Origin: an uncultured Frankiaceae bacterium
Lineage (GTDB): Bacteria; Actinomycetota; Actinomycetes; JAFAQI01
Reading direction: 5' to 3'
DNA length: 64,000 nucleotides
Assembly (NCBI GenBank): GCA_964395425.1
Contig: CAYNDD010000001.1
Coordinates: 63-64,062 of the forward strand
This document shows positions 1 to 8,882 of this stretch, in pieces. How positions within the stretch are numbered: position 1 is the stretch's first letter; each line of letters begins with the position of its first letter. A model generated the notes under the pieces. It saw only the letters and a list, made by a program, of their open reading frames with translations. It did no database searches and was not told where the DNA came from. The position numbers and the translations under genes are program-made.

Positions 1-1143
1 CCTCGCGACCTGCCGTCGCGCACGATCTCGCGGCGGACCGTTCTGGTCGGCGGTGCGGCGATCGCAGCAGGCGCGGTCGCCGGCGGCAGCACGGCCGTAG
101 CGGGCGCGCAGTCAACGCCCGACCAACCGGACCCTGCGGGCTGGTTCGCTCCCGCCGAGCATCTGCCGCATACCAGAACCTGGATGGCGTGGCCGGCCCG
201 TAAGGACATCTGGGGTAACGCTCTGCCTGGTGTTCGTCGTGACGTCGCTTCGGTCGCTCAGGCCATCGCGCGCTACGAGCCGGTCGCTCTGGTCGCACGA
301 CCTGACCAGGCGCGGCAGGCCGCCGGTGCGTGCGGTAAAGGCGTCGAGATCGTCCAACTCGTGAACGACGATCTGTGGATGCGCGACATGGGGCCGGTTT
401 TCCTGGTCGACGGCCGGGGAGGGCTGGCGGGCCTCGACCTGAACTTCAACGGCTGGGGTCACAAGCAGGTCCACCCCAACGACCACAAGATCGCTCGGGA
501 GGTCCTCGAGTTGCTCGGCGTTCGCCGCGTCGTGGCGCCCTTTGTCGCTGAGGGTGGCGCGCTGGAGTTCGACGGGCATGGCTCTGTCATGGCGACCGAG
601 AGCTCGATCATCAATCCCAACCGCAACCCGGGAAAGTCAAGAGCGACGTTGACGAGGGAGATCTGCGCGGCGCTTGGCGCCAAGAAGATGCTCTGGGTGC
701 CGGGGCTGAAGGGCCACGACATCACCGACGACCACATCGACAGTCTGGCGAGGTGGGTACGACCGGCAGAGGTGGTCGTTGACCAGCCGGCCGATCCGCA
801 TTCCATGGATGTCTGGGCCGTTTCCGAGCGGCAAGCACTGAGGGTCCTTCGGCGTTCGACCAACGCATCGGGCCAGCGGTTGAGGTGCCGGATCTCGAGA
901 GAGTCGGCGACGATCCCGAAGCACGAGAACCCCAACCTTTTCGTGAACGTCTACATCAACTGGTACCTGTGCAACGGTGCCGTGATGATGCCGAAGTTCG
1001 GTGATCACGCCGCTGATCACGCCGCACGCTCGTTGGTGCACGAGCTCTATCCCGACCGCGACATCGTCCAGCTTGCCATCAACAACCTGGCCGAAGGTGG
1101 CGGTGGCATCCACTGTGTGACGCAGCAGCAGCCGGCGGTGTGA
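1..1143 (+). CDS. Agmatine deiminase / PAD_porph family protein. 5'-partial, with a Tat-like signal peptide at the visible N-terminus.
   Basis: Frame-1 ORF is open from the window edge. The first visible residues are a twin-arginine-like signal, SRRTVLVGGAAIAAGAVAGG...AQS. DLWMRDMGP and the C-terminal GGGIHCVTQQQP catalytic-Cys motif are typical of agmatine deiminases. Confidence 0.8.
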   Translation, partial: PRDLPSRTISRRTVLVGGAAIAAGAVAGGSTAVAGAQSTPDQPDPAGWFAPAEHLPHTRTWMAWPARKDIWGNALPGVRRDVASVAQAIARYEPVALVARPDQARQAAGACGKGVEIVQLVNDDLWMRDMGPVFLVDGRGGLAGLDLNFNGWGHKQVHPNDHKIAREVLELLGVRRVVAPFVAEGGALEFDGHGSVMATESSIINPNRNPGKSRATLTREICAALGAKKMLWVPGLKGHDITDDHIDSLARWVRPAEVVVDQPADPHSMDVWAVSERQALRVLRRSTNASGQRLRCRISRESATIPKHENPNLFVNVYINWYLCNGAVMMPKFGDHAADHAARSLVHELYPDRDIVQLAINNLAEGGGGIHCVTQQQPAV

Positions 1144-1272
1144 CGGATCACGAATGATGCGACGGCGGCCGACCGGCCCGCGCTCGAGTAACGCGCCTTC
1201 CAGCCGGCGGGAGCAGCTGAACCACCAGTCGCTGTGCGTCGCGGTGCGAAATGCTTGGATGGGGTCGGCGAG

Positions 1273-2304
1273 GTGATTGACGTGGTGGTATCGCAGGACG
1301 TGTTGCCGCAGCGCGCAGGTGCGGCAATCTTCCTGGTGGCGACGGTGGAGGATGGCGCCGAATCGGATGTTCGCCAGTTGCTGGCGGATCTGTCGGGGCT
1401 GACGAGGTCGGTGGGCTTCCGCCTTCCGGACCGCGACTTGAGTTGCGTAGTGGGGATCGGCGCTGCCTTGTGGGATCGCTTGTTCGCAGGTCCGCGTCCG
1501 GCCTCGCTGCATCCGTTTCACGAGATTGCCGGCGCGCGCCACGTCGCCGTGTCGACGCCGGGCGACCTGCTCTTTCATCTGCGGGCGCACCAGATCGATG
1601 TGTGTTTTGAACTGGCGCGCCAGTTGACCCTCCGTCTAGGTGGCCGGGCGCAGATTGTCGACGAGGTCCACGGGTTCACGTACTTCGACCAGCGTGACCT
1701 GATGGGCTTTGTCGACGGCACCGAGAACCCGACCGGGGAGGCGGCCGAGGCGGCCGCGTTCATCGATGAGAGCGATCCGGACTTTGCCGGGGGCAGCTAT
1801 GTCATCGTGCAGAAGTATCTGCACGACCTCGACGCGTGGGACGCGTTGCCGGTTGAGCAGCAGGAGCAGGTTGTGGGGCGTACCAAACTCAGCGACATCG
1901 AGCTGTCCGATGAGACCAAGCCCTCGAACTCGCACGTCGCGCTGAACACGATCGTTAGTGAGGGCGGTGTGGAACGCCAGATCGTCCGGGAAAACATGGC
2001 ATTTGGTCGGCTCGGAGCCGGCGAGTTCGGCACTTACTTCATCGGGTACGCCGCGGATCCTGGGATCACCGAGTTGATGCTTCACAACATGTTCATCGGC
2101 AAGCCAATGGGGAACTACGACCGGATCCTCGACTTCTCGACGGCCGTGACCGGCGCGCTATTCTTCGTGCCGAGCGTTGACTTTCTCGACAATCTGCCCG
2201 GCGTGCCGACAACGGCGCTGCCGGGAGCGCAACCCGCGAACGATGACGATGTGCAACCGCTCGACCGATCCCTGCGGATCGGCAGTTTGAAGGGGACCAC
2301 CTGA
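1273..2304 (+). CDS. Dyp-type peroxidase, encapsulin cargo with C-terminal targeting peptide.
   Basis: Carries the GFVDGTENP DyP fingerprint. The C-terminal tail DRSLRIGSLKGTT matches the encapsulin cargo-loading peptide consensus (SLxIGSLK). Start is uncertain: GTG at 1234, 1273 and 1285 are all in frame; conserved DyP sequence begins near AAIFLVATV. Confidence 0.85.
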   Translation: MIDVVVSQDVLPQRAGAAIFLVATVEDGAESDVRQLLADLSGLTRSVGFRLPDRDLSCVVGIGAALWDRLFAGPRPASLHPFHEIAGARHVAVSTPGDLLFHLRAHQIDVCFELARQLTLRLGGRAQIVDEVHGFTYFDQRDLMGFVDGTENPTGEAAEAAAFIDESDPDFAGGSYVIVQKYLHDLDAWDALPVEQQEQVVGRTKLSDIELSDETKPSNSHVALNTIVSEGGVERQIVRENMAFGRLGAGEFGTYFIGYAADPGITELMLHNMFIGKPMGNYDRILDFSTAVTGALFFVPSVDFLDNLPGVPTTALPGAQPANDDDVQPLDRSLRIGSLKGTT

Positions 2305-3110
2305 TGGACAACCTGAACCGTGAGCTCGCGCCGATCGCTGACGCAGCCTGGGCCGAGATCGAGGCAGAGGCGCATCGCACCTTCGTCAGGCACGTCGCTG
2401 CGCGTCGAGTCGTCGACCTCGTCGGGCCGTCGGGCCCGACGTTGGCCGGCGTGGGGACCGGGCATGCCCGGGACCTCGACCCACCATCAGGCGGAGTGCT
2501 CGCCCGAAGCCGCGAGTTCGCGCCAGTTGTTGAGTTCCGGGTTCTGTTCACCATCGACCGGCGAGCGGTTGACGACGTGGAGCGTGGAGCCAAGGACTCC
2601 GACTGGCAACCGGTGAAGGATGCAGCCAAGCAGATCGCGTACGCCGAGGATGGTGCGATCTTCGCCGGCTATGCCGCCGCCGGTATCGAGGGGATCAGTG
2701 CCAGCACCTCCAACCCGGCAGTGGCGCTCCCGTCCGACGTCCGCGAGTATCCGACCGCGGTGGCGCATGCACTCAGTGGCCTTCGCCTGGCCGGTGTCGG
2801 TGGTCCCTACAGCCTGCTGCTCCCTGCCGAGATCTATACCGAGATCGCGGAGACCACCGATCACGGCTATCCGATCCGGGAGCACATCGCTCGCGTCATC
2901 GAGGGTGGCGACATCATCTGGGCGCCGGCTGCCGAGGAGGGATTCCTGCTCTCGACCCGCGGCGGCGACTACGAGCTGCACCTCGGCCAGGACCTATCGA
3001 TCGGCTATCTCTCACATGATGCCGACCACGTGACGTTGTACTTCCAGGAGTCACTGACCTTCATCGTCCAGACCAGCGAAGCGGGTGTCGTCCTCACCAG
3101 CGCCGGCTGA
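2304..3110 (+). CDS. Family 1 encapsulin shell protein (linocin M18-like).
   Basis: 268-aa protein collinear with mycobacterial encapsulin: MDNLNRELAPIADAAWAEIEAEA..., DVERGAKDSDWQPVKDAAK, HGYPIREH, DIIWAPA. Its ATG overlaps the DyP stop (TGATG), as in classic DyP-encapsulin operons. Confidence 0.9.
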   Translation: MDNLNRELAPIADAAWAEIEAEAHRTFVRHVAARRVVDLVGPSGPTLAGVGTGHARDLDPPSGGVLARSREFAPVVEFRVLFTIDRRAVDDVERGAKDSDWQPVKDAAKQIAYAEDGAIFAGYAAAGIEGISASTSNPAVALPSDVREYPTAVAHALSGLRLAGVGGPYSLLLPAEIYTEIAETTDHGYPIREHIARVIEGGDIIWAPAAEEGFLLSTRGGDYELHLGQDLSIGYLSHDADHVTLYFQESLTFIVQTSEAGVVLTSAG

Positions 3111-3196
3111 CTGACAAGGGGCGCTGACGAGGGGCGGACACCGGCACGATCGCGCCGGTCATAGAGATAGACCGACAAGCGAGAAGGAATGTGACG

Positions 3197-3331
3197 ATGG
3201 GCGACAGCGACTGGCTGACCACGAGGTTCGAGAAGCACCGACCGCGGCTCTCCGCACTGTCCCGCGACGAGGCGGTCAGCCACTCGACTCACCAGCGGCT
3301 TGGGTTCAGCCAGCCTGTCATCGGGGGCTGA
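3197..3331 (+). pseudogene. 44-codon ORF resembling the N-terminus of an ECF sigma factor (FE.HRPRL.A motif); likely a truncated remnant.
   Basis: RBS-like AGAAGGAA lies 8 nt upstream. The product MGDSDWLTTRFEKHRPRLSALSRDE resembles ECF41/SigJ-type N-termini, but the frame stops after 44 codons and no sigma continuation exists in any frame. Confidence 0.2.
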
Positions 3332-3413
3332 CCGTCCAAATCCTACCGTCGGGGACAGGAGTGCAGGTCGTGTGACTCTCGGAATCCGCTGCACGGATGG
3401 CACTGACGCCAAC

Positions 3414-4292
3414 TCATGATGCCGAACCGTGGTCGCCGTCGCCGCGGTAGTAAGGCAGCACCTTTCGGGCGAAGGACCCGAGAGCAGCTATGGTGCTATC
3501 GAGGTCAGCATTGCATTGCAGAATGACTGTATCGATGCGAGCAAGCAACAGCTGATCTAGTTGCTCGCGGACGGGATCGACGCCGAAGTCGGGTGCAAAT
3601 GCGATGCCGATCGCGATCTTTGTCTCAACAGGAAGTTCGGAGCGAAGCTCGCCCACCTTATGCGCCTCGCGTTGAGCGACGACTAAGCCGGTGGCCTTGC
3701 GACGAGCAAGGCTCACTGCGCGGGGGCTTGTCCCACCTATCCAGATGGGCAGTTCTGCTCGCTGCGGGGGGAGTGGTCGCGACACGACTGGCGGTACCTG
3801 CCAGTACGCACCGTCAAACTCGTACGGCGATGTCGCCCAGGCCGAACGCATCAACTCGATCGCTTCCTCGAGTCGCCCGGCCGGATGGTCGCTTGCCAGG
3901 CCCAGGATCTGCGCCTCCTCCTTGAGCCATCCTGCCCCCAGCCCGAGCTCAAGTCGTCCACCGCAAAGGCAGTCCAGCGTCGCTGCATCCTTGGCGAGTG
4001 CTACTGGATGGTGCGCCATAAGCGGGATCACACAGGTTGACAGCCTGACGGTGCTCGTGACTGCGGCAGCGTGGGCGAGCGTGACCATTGCGGTGCCGAA
4101 AGCCATGTGCTCGTAGAACTCGGGCTTGCCGGATGGGCTGTACGGGTAGCGGCTCTCGAAGCTCATCGGGATCGCCATGTGCTCAGAGCACCAGATCGAA
4201 CTGAAACCGAGTTCTTCTGCTGTTCGTGCGACGAGTCGCACGTAGTCACCGGAATATGCATCACCGTGACCCAGCCGGACTCCGAACCTCAC
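3414..4292 (-). CDS. LLM-class F420-dependent (luciferase-like) oxidoreductase.
   Basis: 292-aa TIM-barrel LLM family. Carries SIWCSEHMAIP, LELGLGAGW and IWIGGTSPRAV motifs typical of luciferase-like monooxygenases. Confidence 0.8.
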   Translation of the reverse strand: MRFGVRLGHGDAYSGDYVRLVARTAEELGFSSIWCSEHMAIPMSFESRYPYSPSGKPEFYEHMAFGTAMVTLAHAAAVTSTVRLSTCVIPLMAHHPVALAKDAATLDCLCGGRLELGLGAGWLKEEAQILGLASDHPAGRLEEAIELMRSAWATSPYEFDGAYWQVPPVVSRPLPPQRAELPIWIGGTSPRAVSLARRKATGLVVAQREAHKVGELRSELPVETKIAIGIAFAPDFGVDPVREQLDQLLLARIDTVILQCNADLDSTIAALGSFARKVLPYYRGDGDHGSAS

Positions 4293-4423
4293 GTCACCAT
4301 CACCTCGTATGGACGGTCGCTCACGGGATCTCTATGATATATGATACTGGTTCCTGTGAGCGGTAGCAGTGCTCCGAGGTCTTCGGGCGGGAATGGTCGA
4401 GGATCTGTAGGACATTGAATCTT

Positions 4424-5671
4424 TCAGAGCCCGAGGTCCCGTCCGATGACCTCGCGCATTATTTCGCTCGTACCCGCCCAGATGCGGCTAACGCGGGCGT
4501 CCATCCATGCTCGGGCGACGCGGTACTCCTTCATGTACCCATAGCCGCCCCAGAGCTGTACGCAGGCATCCACGACCCGGTTCTGCACTTCCGATGACCA
4601 CAGCTTCGCCTTCGCGGCATCGGTCGCCGACAGCTGACCACCCGCGTGAGCCGTCACTGCCTGATCCACGAAAGCTTGCGTGACATCGAGCTCTGTCACG
4701 AGGTCTGCCACTACGAACTTGTTGTGTTGGAATGAACCAACTGCGACCCCGAACGCTCGTCGTTCCCGGACCCATGCAAGCGTGTCCGATAGGGCTGCGC
4801 GGGCATGGGCAGTGTTGCTGACCGCAGATCCAAGCCGTTCCTGCGTGAGCCGTTGCATGAGGTACCCGAAGCCCTTTGAGCGCTCACCGATCATGTTCTC
4901 CAGCGGCACGCGCAGGTCATCGAAGAACAGTTCCGACGTATCAGATTCGGCCTGGCCGACCTTGTCCAGCTTCCGGCCGCGGGTGAAGCCGGTCGCACCG
5001 CTTTCGACCACGAACAGTGTGATGCCCTTCGACCGTGATCCCGGTTCGGTACGTGCAGCGACGATGACAAGGTCCGCAGAAGTGCCGTTGGTGATGAAGG
5101 TCTTGGCACCGTTGATGACCCAGGCGTCTCCGTCCAACCTCGCGGACGTGCGCAGTGCGGCGAGGTCGGACCCGCCCTCGGGCTCCGTGAGGGCGATCGC
5201 AGCCACCGACTCCCCGCTACAGAAGCGCGGCAACCATCGCTGCTTTTGCTCGTCGGTGGTGAGGTCGGTGAGGTATGGCGCCACGACGTCAAAATGGACG
5301 CCGAGGCAGGAGGCAAGTGCCGCGCTGGAGGTCGCAAGTTCCTCGAGCAGGACGGCGTTGTAGCGGTAGTCTCCGGCAGCGGAGCCGCCGTACTCCTCTG
5401 CCACGTTGAGTCCGAGGAATCCTTGCCTTCCTGCTTCCAACCACACCTCGACATCAATCCGCCGATCCTCGATGAACCGCTCTTGATTCGGGGTGACCGC
5501 GCGGGCTACGAACTGCTGGCAAGCCTGGCGGAATTGGCGATGCGCGTCTGTATAGATAGTGCGTTGCACTGAAGCCCCACCTTCTCCTTGCCGAGGGCGC
5601 TCGCGGCGGTCGGCGCGGCCTTCGTTGGCGACATCACACACAACGATCGTTTGGTAAAGTACCCCGGACAC
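4424..5671 (-). CDS. Acyl-CoA dehydrogenase.
   Basis: 415-aa ORF with ACAD N-terminal, middle and C-terminal domain signatures: YGGSAAGDY..., ALTEPEGGSDLAAL, QLWGGYGYMKEYRVARAWMDARVSRIWAGTSEIM. Confidence 0.85.
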   Translation of the reverse strand: MSGVLYQTIVVCDVANEGRADRRERPRQGEGGASVQRTIYTDAHRQFRQACQQFVARAVTPNQERFIEDRRIDVEVWLEAGRQGFLGLNVAEEYGGSAAGDYRYNAVLLEELATSSAALASCLGVHFDVVAPYLTDLTTDEQKQRWLPRFCSGESVAAIALTEPEGGSDLAALRTSARLDGDAWVINGAKTFITNGTSADLVIVAARTEPGSRSKGITLFVVESGATGFTRGRKLDKVGQAESDTSELFFDDLRVPLENMIGERSKGFGYLMQRLTQERLGSAVSNTAHARAALSDTLAWVRERRAFGVAVGSFQHNKFVVADLVTELDVTQAFVDQAVTAHAGGQLSATDAAKAKLWSSEVQNRVVDACVQLWGGYGYMKEYRVARAWMDARVSRIWAGTSEIMREVIGRDLGL

Positions 5672-5724
5672 TCGGCTGGGTCCGCGACGATTCCTTGCTG
5701 GCCGCCACGAAAGGCGACGACTGA

Positions 5725-6624
5725 ATGGAATCCTTCCTCCAGCAGCGAGGGATATCGGTCATCGACTGCATGGTCAACGTGGATCCGAACGGTGGGCTCA
5801 ATCTCGAGTACATCTCGAAGAGAGCCTTTCGTGACCAGGAGAGCCTGGATTCGTGGCCATCGCCCGGAGTTGTCAACTACCTGTTCAAGGGCGCGGCTAG
5901 CGATCGAGTCGTTAAGTCAAGTGACCCGCAGTACGTCGTTAGCTTGCTGGACGAGTGGAGCATCGAGCGAGCCGGCGTCATTGTGCAGTCGGACCGCGCA
6001 CCGGAGACCATCCGGACGCTGCAGAACGTCGGGGATCGCTGGTTCTTCTTTCTGCGGGTGGACCCGCATGATGGGATGCGCGCGGTGCGGAACGTCGAGG
6101 AGGTCGTCTCGGCATTCCCGATGGTGCGGGGGGTCGCGATATCGCCGCATGCCCTTGTGCCGACCATCCCACCGAACTCGAAGGAGTACTACCCGATATA
6201 CGCGAAGTGCGTGGAGCTTGATCTACCGGTATCGATCAGCGTCGGAATACCGGGTCCCCGGGTGCCCGGATGGACCCAGGATCCGATGCATCTCGACGAG
6301 GTGTTGTGGTTCTTCCCGGACTTAAAGATCGTGATGAAGCATGGTGGCGAACCGTGGGCTGACACCTGCGTGAAGCTCATGCAGAAGTGGCCAAATCTGT
6401 ACTTCGCCACATCGGGATTCGCGCCGAGGTACTATCCGGCGGCCGTGATCGACTACGCAAACACTCGCGGCTCCGATCGCGTAATCTTTGCCGGCTATTG
6501 GCCGCTGCTCAGTTACGACGAGACCTTTGCTCAGCTCGAAGACCTTCCGCTGCGCGATCACGTCTGGTCCAAGTTGTTCTCTGAAAATGCCCGCAGACTC
6601 TTTAAGTTGCCAACGCCGACCTGA
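5725..6624 (+). CDS. Amidohydrolase-2 family (metal-dependent TIM-barrel hydrolase / decarboxylase-like).
   Basis: 299-aa protein with amidohydrolase_2 architecture. Divergently transcribed from the ACAD gene. Confidence 0.65.
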   Translation: MESFLQQRGISVIDCMVNVDPNGGLNLEYISKRAFRDQESLDSWPSPGVVNYLFKGAASDRVVKSSDPQYVVSLLDEWSIERAGVIVQSDRAPETIRTLQNVGDRWFFFLRVDPHDGMRAVRNVEEVVSAFPMVRGVAISPHALVPTIPPNSKEYYPIYAKCVELDLPVSISVGIPGPRVPGWTQDPMHLDEVLWFFPDLKIVMKHGGEPWADTCVKLMQKWPNLYFATSGFAPRYYPAAVIDYANTRGSDRVIFAGYWPLLSYDETFAQLEDLPLRDHVWSKLFSENARRLFKLPTPT

Positions 6625-6751
6625 CGTGTTGGGCCGCACTCCGGCCACGTGGCGGACGCGACCCCGGTCGAGCGCCGAACCGCGCCGACCGTAGTGCAGG
6701 GCGCAAAGCCCTTAGCCTTGGCGAGAAGGTCTCCGACCAGGACGGATCGCA

Positions 6752-7435
6752 GTGGCTGAGCGTCAACGGAACACGAAGAGGTCGACCCAGGATGGGCGGG
6801 CATCCGATCGGCTACCCATCGACGGCGGTGGGAAGGAATCGAAGCAGTCACGACCTCGAAGCGAGGAGGTGATTGATGTTGCCGCCGAACTGTTTCGCCG
6901 CAAGGGTTTCCTGGGCACCAGTACCCAGGATCTGGCCGACGCCTTGGGGATGCTCAAGGGCAGCCTTTACTACTACATCGATTCAAAGGACGATTTGCTC
7001 TTCGCGGTCATGCAGAGTTCTCACGACCACATCCAACAGCGCCTAGCAGAAGCGAAGAACGAGACCGGACCCGTCGTAGACCGGCTGCACCGATTCATCG
7101 TAAGAAACCTTGAGTCAAACATCGCTGATCCTGACAAGTCGGCCGTGTTCAGTACGGAGTTCAGATACCTGAGCCGGGAGCGGCAGTCGGCCGTTCTTGC
7201 GCTCCGTGACCAATATGAGCACTTCGTTCGAAGTCTGCTCGAGGAAGGTCAAGCGAGTGGCGCCGTGTGCGCGAGCCTTGACCCCCGCGTCGCAACGGCA
7301 GGTGTGCTTTCCATGGTCAACGCCGTGGTCAACTGGTACCGGCCATCAGGGCGTACGCCGCGAGGGACCGTCATTTCGAACCTCGCCGAGATGGCGGTCA
7401 GGTCGGTGCAGTGTGGTCGGGACTGCACGCACTAA
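6752..7435 (+). CDS. TetR/AcrR family transcriptional regulator.
   Basis: N-terminal TetR HTH: VIDVAAELFRRKGFLGTSTQDLADALGMLKGSLYYYIDSKDDLLFAV. Confidence 0.85.
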   Translation: MAERQRNTKRSTQDGRASDRLPIDGGGKESKQSRPRSEEVIDVAAELFRRKGFLGTSTQDLADALGMLKGSLYYYIDSKDDLLFAVMQSSHDHIQQRLAEAKNETGPVVDRLHRFIVRNLESNIADPDKSAVFSTEFRYLSRERQSAVLALRDQYEHFVRSLLEEGQASGAVCASLDPRVATAGVLSMVNAVVNWYRPSGRTPRGTVISNLAEMAVRSVQCGRDCTH

Positions 7436-7567
7436 TTGCTCGGTCTGAAGCTCCTGGCGCCGTTTACGGCGGTCACTCCCCTGTTGTGCGCTCGCCGCCC
7501 GGGACCTTGCTGCCTCCAACATCGTGCGATAGCGTCACAACCAAACGTTCGGTTGGGACGCAGGTCC

Positions 7568-8761
7568 ATGGCCTGTGGTGAGGAGTTGAGCACCGTGCCG
7601 GGAAGTCTGATGATCGACACCGATAGCCACCTCAGCGAGCCCCCGGATCTGTGGACATCGCGACTGCCGTCGAAGTACCAGGAGATGGCTCCGCGAGTGA
7701 TCACCGATGAGCGGGCGGGAATCGACCGCTGGATCGTCGGCGACCGGAAGCTCACCGGCGTGGCCGGGTTCGCGACCGCCGGCTGGACCGAGCACCCGCC
7801 GAAGTTTCCTCCGACGCAGGCGCAAGCCGATCCGGCTGCCTTCAACGCGAAGGATCGCCTGAGGAGGATGGACGAGTTCGGAATCTACGCGCAGTGCCTC
7901 TATCCCAACCTCTTGGCATTCATGACATTCGCGTTTCGCAAGGTTCCAGACCCGGAGTTCGCCAAGGCCTGCATTCGCGCTTACAACGACTTTCTCGTCG
8001 AGTTCGCTGACATTGCGCCAGATCGGTTTATCGCCCTGTGTGTCCTCCCGTTCTGGGATCTCGAAGAGTCGGTACGAGAACTCGATCGAGCTCACCAGCT
8101 CGGACACCGGGGAGTTCTGTTCATCGGCAAGCCACACAAGCTGGACCTGCCTCCTCTCGACGATGACCACTGGGAGCCCTTGCTCAAGGCGGTGGAAGAG
8201 CGTGGGCTAGCGCTGAACTTCCACACCGGCTTCAGCGAATGGAATGAGGCTGAATTCCTTGGTCAACTGGGGCGCAACAACAGCCGTGCTGACTACGTCA
8301 AGAGCTCTGCGCTCAGCCAACTTGGCCTGGCTGAGACGTTGGCGGACCTGACCACCTCCCAACTGTGCGTGCGCTATCCCAACCTGAAGATCGTGATGGT
8401 TGAAAGCGGAGTGGGGTGGATTCGTTACTTCCTGGAGTTGCTGGACTGGCAGTGGCAGAACTCCGGTGCTCATCTTGTCTACCCCGACCGAGAGTGCCCC
8501 AGCTTCTACTTCCTTCGGCAGATCTATGGCTCGTTCTGGTTCGAGCGTGAATCAGTTTCTCGAATTATCGATCTCTACCAGGACAACATTCTCTTCGAAA
8601 CCGACTTCCCGCACCCGACCAGCTTGTCGCCCGGCCCGACGTCGACGTCCGGTACCCCGGGCGAAATGGCGGAGATCGCCCTTGCCGGCGTAGACCCGGT
8701 CATCAAACGCAAAGTGTTGTACGACAACGCCGCGAAGCTCTACCACGTGCGAGGAGCCTGA
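7568..8761 (+). CDS. Amidohydrolase-2 family protein.
   Basis: MIDTDSHLSEPPDLW..., FGIYAQCLYPNL and FHTGFSEW fit amidohydrolase_2. Start is ATG 7568 or ATG 7610; the 7436 start in the ORF track is probably too far upstream. Confidence 0.7.
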   Translation: MACGEELSTVPGSLMIDTDSHLSEPPDLWTSRLPSKYQEMAPRVITDERAGIDRWIVGDRKLTGVAGFATAGWTEHPPKFPPTQAQADPAAFNAKDRLRRMDEFGIYAQCLYPNLLAFMTFAFRKVPDPEFAKACIRAYNDFLVEFADIAPDRFIALCVLPFWDLEESVRELDRAHQLGHRGVLFIGKPHKLDLPPLDDDHWEPLLKAVEERGLALNFHTGFSEWNEAEFLGQLGRNNSRADYVKSSALSQLGLAETLADLTTSQLCVRYPNLKIVMVESGVGWIRYFLELLDWQWQNSGAHLVYPDRECPSFYFLRQIYGSFWFERESVSRIIDLYQDNILFETDFPHPTSLSPGPTSTSGTPGEMAEIALAGVDPVIKRKVLYDNAAKLYHVRGA

Positions 8762-8882
8762 TCCGACGACGGGCGTCTCCGGCGCGGCGGGCATCGACGG
8801 GTGAGCAAGGTGATGTGCACACGTCGAAGTGCTGCATGGTGCTGCCGGCCCTGACTGCGTGGCCCACGGGAGGGGGCGCGAA

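Noticed and set aside
637-1590. 317-aa minus-strand ORF.
   Set aside because: Lies entirely antisense to the agmatine deiminase gene. The product is Arg/Pro-rich low complexity typical of a GC-rich antisense frame, with no family features.
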